NCBI GenBank assembly: GCA_048938895.1
Contig: JBHLLU010000012.1
Coordinates: 27,576 to 91,575 of the forward strand
Direction of reading: 5' to 3'
DNA length: 64,000 nt
From: Promethearchaeota archaeon
Lineage (GTDB): Archaea; Asgardarchaeota; Lokiarchaeia; Sigyniarchaeales; SOKP01
Shown: positions 56,660 through 64,000 of the stretch, piece after piece
Position numbering within the stretch: the stretch's first letter is position 1
Layout: each line of letters begins with the position of its first letter
The notes under the pieces: generated by a model
Seen by the model: the letters and a program-made list of their open reading frames with translations, nothing else
What the model was told of the DNA's origin: nothing
The model's database searches: none
Program-made: the position numbers and the translations under genes

Positions 56660-57796
56660 TTATACTGTACCAACTACTTGAGAAATAATATTATTTATTA
56701 CATCATTGGTTTTTACACCCGGTTTCGTTTGAATTGCACCAAATAATACATTTCTCGCGATCTCCTTAAGTACTCTGCTAGGATCTTTCTTAGTCTTTTT
56801 TTGAGCAACACCAGTAAGACGTGCGAGAGCTATACCACTTCTTAAACTTGCAGGAATTTGAATCTGATGATGAGTCCGTGTTCGATTAATAATTAGATAT
56901 ACTTTTTCCAATGTACTTTCATCAATTTTATAGTAGGGATTGTTATGCTTGATAATTTTCATCTCAGTTTTTTTATCAGGGTAATCAAGTTCAATCCATA
57001 CATTAAATCGATCCTTTAAAGCTTCACCTAATCGATGAGTACCAACTAATTCTGAAGGATTCATTGCCCCAATAAAGAAAAATCCTGATGAGGATTTTAT
57101 TCTCCCAATATGAGGTATAGATAATGTTTTTTCTTCTAAAGGTTCAAGTAAGGAGTTTTGGGTGTATTCAGTTGCACGGTTTATTTCATTCGCTAGAAAA
57201 ACACCTCCGTTTAACATTGCTTTAACAATTGGGCCGGGATTAAAAGCTTCAAAAGAAAATCCTTTCTGTATTGTGGTAGCTGGATTAAAAGAGCCTATTA
57301 GATGTGCTGGTTTTGTAGATTCATCAAATGTAATCCATTCAAAAGAGTCATTTCCTGTGATTTCTGCTCTAGATTGGGCATAAAATCTACAAATAGTAGT
57401 TTTTCCAATACCAGGTGGGCCAACTAAAATAGGATAAAGATTAGAAGCATCTGCTTCATAAATCAAATCCAATGCTTCCTTGTATTGACCACTTAAAACA
57501 ATCTCCATCTTTTCTTCTTTTTGTGAAATTAAGCTTTTTTCAAATAATTCTTTAAGAGTACTTTTTGCACGATTTGAATTAAATTTAGTCTCATGCTTCA
57601 AATAGGGTGAATTCTTAAGAATTGTGAGATTATCTAATTCCTTTCCTGTAGCATTCTTGGGTACAGGGGTGACCTTCTTTTTTTCATGAGTTTTAGATGG
57701 GCTAGATATTGTAGATGTGTTAGTAGATTTAGTAGTTTCTGGTTTACTTTGAGGTTTAGATGTAGTGGTTTTTTTAGTTACAGGTTTTTTTGCCAT
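56660..57796 (-). CDS. MoxR-family AAA+ ATPase
   Basis: GPPGIGKT, GP...AM..G, FLANEINR, QNSLL..LEE, AMNP, L.EAL.DRF, SLR (sensor 2). Confidence 0.92.
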   Translation of the reverse strand: MAKKPVTKKTTTSKPQSKPETTKSTNTSTISSPSKTHEKKKVTPVPKNATGKELDNLTILKNSPYLKHETKFNSNRAKSTLKELFEKSLISQKEEKMEIVLSGQYKEALDLIYEADASNLYPILVGPPGIGKTTICRFYAQSRAEITGNDSFEWITFDESTKPAHLIGSFNPATTIQKGFSFEAFNPGPIVKAMLNGGVFLANEINRATEYTQNSLLEPLEEKTLSIPHIGRIKSSSGFFFIGAMNPSELVGTHRLGEALKDRFNVWIELDYPDKKTEMKIIKHNNPYYKIDESTLEKVYLIINRTRTHHQIQIPASLRSGIALARLTGVAQKKTKKDPSRVLKEIARNVLFGAIQTKPGVKTNDVINNIISQVVGTV

Positions 57797-57912
57797 TTTT
57801 TCAAAACCTTTGTTATAGATTCTGGAATTTTGCTATTCTATAATTATTTCAGATTTCTATATAAAAACTACATCCTAAATGAATTAGTAAAATATTGTTT
57901 TCACTTGCCAAG

Positions 57913-58983
57913 CTAGGTTAAACAGATAAAAAATCCACAATGTTTACAATTTCCATTGGAATCCAGATTTAATTTTGAAATTCCATAATTGTTTCTTTCA
58001 ATTATTAGTTTAGAGCATTTGGGGCATATTGTATTAGTATATTCAGAATTAAGAACATTTCCAAGGTAAACATACATCAATCCCTCATTTTTAGCCACTT
58101 TATAAGCATCTATTAGATAGTGTAATGGAGTAGGTTCAGAAAATCCGTAATCTGTCGATTTAAAGTGGGGATAAAACCTAGAAAAATGTACAGGGGTGTC
58201 CTCTCCTAAATCCTTACAGATTCTTTTTGAAATCTCTTTAATAAATGTTTTATTAGTATTTAATTCAGGAATTAGTAATGTTGTAATTTCGACATGAACA
58301 CCTAAATCTTTTGCCAGTGAAGCATTCCTCCACACAAATTCTCCATCAATACCGCAATACTTTCTTACCATTTCGTTATCTCCTTTGATATCAATATTGA
58401 TTGCATCCAGACCGGCATCTACTAAATCTTTCAAAACACTTTCAGTCATGTATCCATTCGATACGTAAGTATTATACAAACCATGTCCCTTTGCTAATTT
58501 AAACACCTCTAATGAATATTCAAATAATAAAGTAGGTTCATTAAATGAAATTGATGTACCTTGACAACCCTCTTTTAATGCTAAACTTATAAAATGTCCA
58601 GGGGAAATATATTTTTCATAAGAGGACATAATATCTAATATATGCTTGTCCGGATGGGACATATGATGATTTTGACACCAGAAACAATCGAAATTACATC
58701 CAAAACTTCCAATAGTGAGTGCTCTTGTTCCTGGATAGAAGTGATATAAAGGCTTTTTTTCAATAGGATTATTTGATATTCCTGCGTTACAACCAAAAAC
58801 AATAGTATAAATAGTTCCTTCATGATTTAATCTAGTTTGACAATGACCTAACGACTTTAAAGAAATCTTGCATTTTCTTTCGCATGTTAAGCATTGAGTT
58901 ATATCAGTACCAATTTTCTTTTGGAACTTTACCTGTTTTACATATTTAGAATTAACTAAATTAACTTTTGTAGTCTTATTCAC
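57913..58983 (-). CDS. amrS: AmmeMemoRadiSam system radical SAM enzyme
   Basis: C..C...C.......G.C.TR, PIEKKPLYHFYPG, GCNFDCFWCQN, NEPT, NIDIK, HFSRFYP, Y.GNV, terminal Cys pairs. Confidence 0.93.
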   Translation of the reverse strand: MNKTTKVNLVNSKYVKQVKFQKKIGTDITQCLTCERKCKISLKSLGHCQTRLNHEGTIYTIVFGCNAGISNNPIEKKPLYHFYPGTRALTIGSFGCNFDCFWCQNHHMSHPDKHILDIMSSYEKYISPGHFISLALKEGCQGTSISFNEPTLLFEYSLEVFKLAKGHGLYNTYVSNGYMTESVLKDLVDAGLDAINIDIKGDNEMVRKYCGIDGEFVWRNASLAKDLGVHVEITTLLIPELNTNKTFIKEISKRICKDLGEDTPVHFSRFYPHFKSTDYGFSEPTPLHYLIDAYKVAKNEGLMYVYLGNVLNSEYTNTICPKCSKLIIERNNYGISKLNLDSNGNCKHCGFFICLT

Positions 58984-59552
58984 CTAGATTTGTGTATATC
59001 TTTGGTAACTCTTCCATCTGTTATAATACCGTAATCACAAAAAGTATTACTTAATGTTCTATTATAAAGCTTGTCTAACTTACCTAATATCTTTGAGAAA
59101 AATAAATTAATTACACCCCCATGAGAAACGATTAATAATTTTTTATTACTAAATTTCGAATCTATCGCTTCAATCTTTTGGGAAAATCTTACTAAAGCAC
59201 TATTAGCTGTTTCCCAATTATTGAATGATTGAGCCCTGTTTGTTAGGCACTTTCTCATAGTTCCAATATATTCTTCCTGTTCAAGAAATTTTCCATTATC
59301 TCTATTTATTTCATTTAACATTTCGTCTCTTTGAATTCTTTTACCTAACTTATTCGCTAAGGGCAATACTGTCTTATATGCTTTTTCTTCTTGTGAGGAT
59401 ATAATTATATCAACATCTTGAAAAAACTTGAGGTTGGAAATTTTTAAAGCATCTTTTTGTCCTTTCATAGATAAAACCCATTTTGAAATTATTTGGGCTC
59501 TATCAACATGAGTCTCAGCATGCCTTAGGAAAATGAGTATATTTTTAGGCAT
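58980..59552 (-). CDS. Histidine phosphatase (PGM-like) family protein
   Basis: LRHAET, SS...KA..T, L.E, VSHGG. Confidence 0.9.
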   Translation of the reverse strand: MPKNILIFLRHAETHVDRAQIISKWVLSMKGQKDALKISNLKFFQDVDIIISSQEEKAYKTVLPLANKLGKRIQRDEMLNEINRDNGKFLEQEEYIGTMRKCLTNRAQSFNNWETANSALVRFSQKIEAIDSKFSNKKLLIVSHGGVINLFFSKILGKLDKLYNRTLSNTFCDYGIITDGRVTKDIHKSR

Positions 59553-59599
59553 ATTAACTTCAAAATAATATAATGATTTTAAGTTTAAAAGTGGTTTTT

Positions 59600-61741
59600 T
59601 TACCTAAAAAACTCTTTAACAACAAGTTTACAAAACTTAATTAGTTTCTCTCCTAAATCTATTTTATCTGAAGATTTAGTTAAAACCCAGTTTTTATCAT
59701 ATAATTTATCTAAATAATCACCTTTAGCATCAATAGAAAAAGCAAAAACTTTAAACAATATTTTAACATCATGTATTTCTTTAATCGCATCATATAATCC
59801 ATAATTCCTTGATCCTGCAGGTTGCCCATCTGAGATTATAATAATCAACGTTTCCTTTTCTAATTTACTCGCTTCATGTTTCATGGAGATTCCATCTAGA
59901 TTACTACATATATTAGCATGACATCCAAATTTATCAAATTTTCTCGGTTCTGGCTTATCATTGAAATCTTTCAACAGAATATTTAAGGCATCGTAATCAC
60001 CTGTAAAAAGAACAATACGTAATTGGGCAATTTCATGGAGTGCTTCACATAACATTATCATTGCAATTTTAGCGGACTCAAGTTTGATCCCCCTCATGCT
60101 TCCACTTATATCAACTAATAATAGAATTTTTAACTCTTTTTTGTATAACTTTCTTGAGAAGCACTTTTTATACTTGTATTCACTAGTCACAGCTTTAATG
60201 AATTTATTATTTAATCTCCCCCTTTTTTGAAAGTTATCAATATCTGCTTGATTTTTAAATTCACTAAATATAAATTTGATTCGTGCAATTAAGTTTTTAT
60301 AAGTCTCTATTATTTGATTATATGATATATTAATAGGTTTCATTGATTCATTTTCTATACGTGCTTCTTTGATTTTTCTTTCTTGATCACTTCTAGTTAA
60401 TTGTTCAAAACTGATTCCTTTCTCAAGTATAAAAAGTCGATCTTCCATTGCGTTATGCGCATCAGTAATTAGCTCGATTAATTTTGGTAAGTACTCCTTT
60501 TCTTCAATTACATCCTTAATAATGGGATTTGCTAATAATTCCGTTAACCTATCTTTATCATCTGTTTCTTTATGATGTAAAACATCTTCTACTCTTAATT
60601 GGGAATTAAATTCTTTTTTGATATCTTCGGTGGGTTCTTTAAAATCAAAACTTAAATAAGAATTTTCTTTACTGAGTATTTCATCTTTACATTCTTTAAC
60701 CATATCTATTCTATCAATGAATTTCTCAATATCTTCAGTGGTTATATCTGAATTCTTTATATTTTCAATAATTTTTTCACTTGTTTTATTTAATTCTGTT
60801 TCTTTCATTATCCCATTTTTGTCGTTGAAATCTTCATAATGATTTAAAATTGGACTATCTTCAAAATAATAATCATCGTATGCTTCAGGCTCAACATCCT
60901 CATAATACCAGGGATCTTCCATAAAATCTGAATCTGAACGATTATCAAATTCATTATGATCATCTTTTTCTGAAAATGTATCCATTCCTGTATCTACAAT
61001 ATGATATCCAGATTCATCTTCATACACTAACATCTTATTCTCTGCTTGAGAAGTGTATCGCCCTCGAGGAGGAGTTTTTTTAATAATTTTCTTTTTATAA
61101 TATTTCTTCAAGATTTTACAAATTTGGTCAGATGTAATAATTGAAGACGCAGGAGTTAATGTTTTCAAGAGAAAATTTTTCGCAATGGATAAGCATCTCC
61201 AATCGTCTTGAGACATTTCTCTTGATCGAAATTTAGGTTTTAACTGAAAATCTTGATAATCTTCCATATACAAATTTATATAGATTAAAATATCTCCAAA
61301 TTTTCTCATTTTTATTTTTAACTCTGGTAACAATTCTTTTGTAAATTTCCTTAGATTCTTATAGAAACCAGGGAACTTTATATTATTTATGGCATTAATT
61401 CTTACATCTTCTACGACGTTGATTATTTTTTTAACAAAAAATTCTGGTAAGGTATGTTTCTTGCTCAAAACTCGAACCAAATTAATGAATGATATTTCAT
61501 AAGAACCATAACCAATGTGACCACTTTCATGAGCTACCAAACCTTGAGCAGATGATATATCACTTTTTACATTTTTTGGTAAATAAATAAAGATCCCGTC
61601 AGTAAAAGCAACATTGAAATTCTGGTTAAAATTGATCAGAATTCTCTTATTACCACTAATTCTTTTGGCGATATTAGTTAAAGCTAATGAATCCGATAGG
61701 AAATCCTGCTTAAAAAGCTCAAATAAATTGGTAAATGGAAT
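59600..61741 (-). CDS. CobT/NorD-like protein: N-terminal HExxH domain, acidic linker, C-terminal vWA (MIDAS); true start uncertain
   Basis: AFTDG..IYLP...GLVAHESGH, N.VED.RI, LVDISGSM, N.DG, ISDGQP. The frame is open 73 codons upstream of the TTG at 61540, to a stop at 61760-61762. Confidence 0.85.
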   Translation of the reverse strand: MPFTNLFELFKQDFLSDSLALTNIAKRISGNKRILINFNQNFNVAFTDGIFIYLPKNVKSDISSAQGLVAHESGHIGYGSYEISFINLVRVLSKKHTLPEFFVKKIINVVEDVRINAINNIKFPGFYKNLRKFTKELLPELKIKMRKFGDILIYINLYMEDYQDFQLKPKFRSREMSQDDWRCLSIAKNFLLKTLTPASSIITSDQICKILKKYYKKKIIKKTPPRGRYTSQAENKMLVYEDESGYHIVDTGMDTFSEKDDHNEFDNRSDSDFMEDPWYYEDVEPEAYDDYYFEDSPILNHYEDFNDKNGIMKETELNKTSEKIIENIKNSDITTEDIEKFIDRIDMVKECKDEILSKENSYLSFDFKEPTEDIKKEFNSQLRVEDVLHHKETDDKDRLTELLANPIIKDVIEEKEYLPKLIELITDAHNAMEDRLFILEKGISFEQLTRSDQERKIKEARIENESMKPINISYNQIIETYKNLIARIKFIFSEFKNQADIDNFQKRGRLNNKFIKAVTSEYKYKKCFSRKLYKKELKILLLVDISGSMRGIKLESAKIAMIMLCEALHEIAQLRIVLFTGDYDALNILLKDFNDKPEPRKFDKFGCHANICSNLDGISMKHEASKLEKETLIIIISDGQPAGSRNYGLYDAIKEIHDVKILFKVFAFSIDAKGDYLDKLYDKNWVLTKSSDKIDLGEKLIKFCKLVVKEFFR

Positions 61742-61772
61742 CGCCCCTAATTTTTTGAATTAGAATTTTAAT

Positions 61773-63032
61773 TTAATTAATAATTGGATATTTACTTTTC
61801 ATGAAATCCATTAATTTTTGGTTCTCCTTTTGGTACAACCATCTAATATAACTTAAAGTTACTTTACCGTTATGTAAGTAATTTTTCCCTGTATTCTTTG
61901 AATATATTTTATGTAATTGTAATTTTCTAGTTAGTAAGATATATTCTCTCAAAATTTTTCTATTATACTGCCAAAACCATTCAAAAAACTTCCACATCAT
62001 ACTCCCATTTTTTCTAAAAACACTAGTTTTACCATAAAATTGAATATATTTATCAACATGTTTTTTCATTAGGGAAATTATCTTCTGTTCTTCAGCTTCA
62101 GTAAAATCTATGTCAATTTCTGTGGAGATATTTGTTGTTTTTTCAGGTCTTAGTAGCTTATTTAATTTTTCTTCAAACATTTTCCCATCCAAAATCATGG
62201 CTATACTTTTCTTTTCTTCTTGGTTTTCACCTAATTTATTAATAATTATGTTTTCAATATTATGTCGTATAAATCTGGGAGACATACTTGAAATAACTAT
62301 ACAGAAATTCACGACTAAGCGAGTAGAGAATATTTTAGTAATTGAAAAATCTTTTAAAGCCTGCTTCCTTATTTGTCTGGCAACATCAACAACAATTTCC
62401 GCTATCTTTTTATCGCAACCAGAGATTCTTGTAGCAATTTCAACTTCTTTTTGTTTAATTGGATAATCTATCTCAGGACTAACAATAAAACGGTCTTCAA
62501 AAGCTTCTTGGAGCTTGTTTATACCAATAACACCTTTATTTAAAGTCCCAATGATAACAAGCTTACTTTTTGCATTAAGCTCATATCTTTCAAAACCCTT
62601 TGAAATCAGGTTAATATGATTTTCAGAAAGTAGTGAATTTAATGAAATTTGCTCACTTTCTCTTATAGCATTAACTTCATTTATAATAATAAAGGAAATC
62701 CCTTTTCTATTGGCGTCTTCAATAGCTCTTGTTAGAGGTCCGTGATTAAATTGTGTTTCTCCGTTAAGAATCTCCCAATAACCTTCAATATCTCTTCGAT
62801 CAAGATCTGGAGAACCATCAATTATATAATAATGAGCTTTAAAAAAATTCGCAAGTGTAATCGCTAATAAAGTCTTCCCTGTACCAGGAGGACCATGTAG
62901 AAGAATCCCCATACAAGTTCCTCTGTTGAGCGATTTAATCAAGTTTTTTAAATAATCAAATTCATCATATTGTTGAATATAACTAATCCTTTTTACATTT
63001 TGTGCATCTAACATTTTAGATACTTTATCCAA
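61773..63032 (-). CDS. MoxR/CbbQ/CobS-like AAA+ ATPase with C-terminal extension
   Basis: GPPGTGKT, GPL..A, IIINEVN, GTLN, L.EAF.DRF, FSTR; about 120 extra C-terminal residues. Confidence 0.92.
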   Translation of the reverse strand: MDKVSKMLDAQNVKRISYIQQYDEFDYLKNLIKSLNRGTCMGILLHGPPGTGKTLLAITLANFFKAHYYIIDGSPDLDRRDIEGYWEILNGETQFNHGPLTRAIEDANRKGISFIIINEVNAIRESEQISLNSLLSENHINLISKGFERYELNAKSKLVIIGTLNKGVIGINKLQEAFEDRFIVSPEIDYPIKQKEVEIATRISGCDKKIAEIVVDVARQIRKQALKDFSITKIFSTRLVVNFCIVISSMSPRFIRHNIENIIINKLGENQEEKKSIAMILDGKMFEEKLNKLLRPEKTTNISTEIDIDFTEAEEQKIISLMKKHVDKYIQFYGKTSVFRKNGSMMWKFFEWFWQYNRKILREYILLTRKLQLHKIYSKNTGKNYLHNGKVTLSYIRWLYQKENQKLMDFMKSKYPIIN

Positions 63033-63208
63033 AGTAAAATTTAGACAATTATCTATGATTTTGACGCTATAAGTATTTCTTTATGTAAAATTGTAAGAAG
63101 TTTCGAACGTTATTAATTTATTGTCTTGGTAATTATGAGATATTTTCATATCATATATAAAAACTAAGTGGTTAACAAATTACTAAAAAAATTGATTATA
63201 ATTAGAAT

Positions 63209-64000
63209 TTATGATGCGATTATTAAAATGATAATGTATGCAAGCATCAAATTTCCTAATAGAATTCCTATATCTTTTAGAGAAGTTCTTCCAAGTAAAT
63301 TACTTCTTGGTGTTCTAAATATATACATTATCCCAAATGGAAAAAATAGTATCGGAATGAAAACTATATATTTAGTAATAATGAAAGAGATAATTGCTAT
63401 AATCAATGATATTAAGCAAGCTACCCAAATTACTAATTGAGATGTTTTTGGTTTTAATTTAGAGAGTGAATCACCATCAATCATTTCATGAACCATTTGT
63501 CCTGTAAAAGCAACACAAATAATAGAGGCTAAGATCAATGATTCTGCTAATGTAAGGTCTGGGAAGAAATTCATAGTAATATCTCCTGCATTAATTTTAA
63601 TCATAAACCAAGGTAAAAGAATATGTGAAACTCCTAGGATAATCTGATTTATTATGACTAGACTCTTAAAAAAACAATAAAAAATGACCAGACTTACGAT
63701 TATAATCAAATAAATCGCTAACAATGGATTTTTCAAGATATCGTTCATAAAACATGTAGTTCCTAAAACAAAACTTGCAATTGAAATTACTAGTATTTCT
63801 TTGCGATTATATCCCTCCACTCTATCGAGGGTTTCTTTTTCATTCGGATCTTTCATGTCAATTACATCATTGAGTGTATTTCCTGTTATTGCATAAAATA
63901 TAAAACCACTCAGTGTCCAAATTTGAGATTTTATATCATAATCATTCAAATATATACACAATAAACAAGGGATAATTACTGAAAAAACGTATTCAACCCT
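63209..64000 (-). CDS. UbiA prenyltransferase family protein (partial, runs off window)
   Basis: GN.LNDVID..D Asp-rich motif, second motif HEMIDGD, multiple TM segments. Frame is open to position 64000. Confidence 0.75.
   Translation of the reverse strand, partial: RVEYVFSVIIPCLLCIYLNDYDIKSQIWTLSGFIFYAITGNTLNDVIDMKDPNEKETLDRVEGYNRKEILVISIASFVLGTTCFMNDILKNPLLAIYLIIIVSLVIFYCFFKSLVIINQIILGVSHILLPWFMIKINAGDITMNFFPDLTLAESLILASIICVAFTGQMVHEMIDGDSLSKLKPKTSQLVIWVACLISLIIAIISFIITKYIVFIPILFFPFGIMYIFRTPRSNLLGRTSLKDIGILLGNLMLAYIIILIIAS

Noticed and set aside
61773-63032. Calling the MoxR/vWA pairs CobS/CobT, GvpN, CoxD/CoxE or McrB
   Set aside because: No cobN, gas vesicle, cox or mcrC genes are nearby and the McrB NxxD signature was not seen. 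Only the family-level call is supported.
1-64000. CRISPR arrays, IS elements/integrases, rRNA genes, provirus
   Set aside because: No regularly spaced repeats, transposase/integrase motifs, long GC-rich structural RNA tracts or viral hallmark genes were seen by eye.

Overview
AT-rich, gene-dense archaeal chromosomal segment, most consistent with an Asgard archaeon (Lokiarchaeia-like). This is inferred from archaeal eS1/uS15, a histone, longin/roadblock-like proteins and expanded lipid-metabolism paralogs. Contents in order: housekeeping and metabolic genes (DUF1848, NUDIX, tRNA-Val(GAC), pgk); a loose nickel cluster (larB, larC, His-rich nikR); a short histone-fold gene; GHMP kinase, rubrerythrin, radical SAM, sirtuin, glmU-like, acyl-CoA dehydrogenase, rps3ae-rps15 and rdgB. 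Next is a 16-kb five-gene operon: ABC ATPase, two ~1000-aa double-FtsX/MacB permeases, a 1320-aa Ig-repeat surface protein and a ~1600-aa membrane-anchored S8 protease with a Zn-ribbon tail. Then come RNase III, SCP2, a truncated TFS/RpoM-like gene, a lipid-scavenging block with three tandem alpha/beta hydrolases, and two MoxR-AAA/vWA modules with a SWIM protein. Main hunt results: the ABC/protease/surface-protein operon; a ~26-aa module shared by two unrelated ATPases; apparent ATA or other non-canonical start codons in several genes; an unannotated start-less 2-TM ORF behind rnc; and a K-turn-like structured 3' region after nikR. No CRISPR array, transposase, integrase or rRNA was seen. All calls come from motif reading by eye; no database searches were run.
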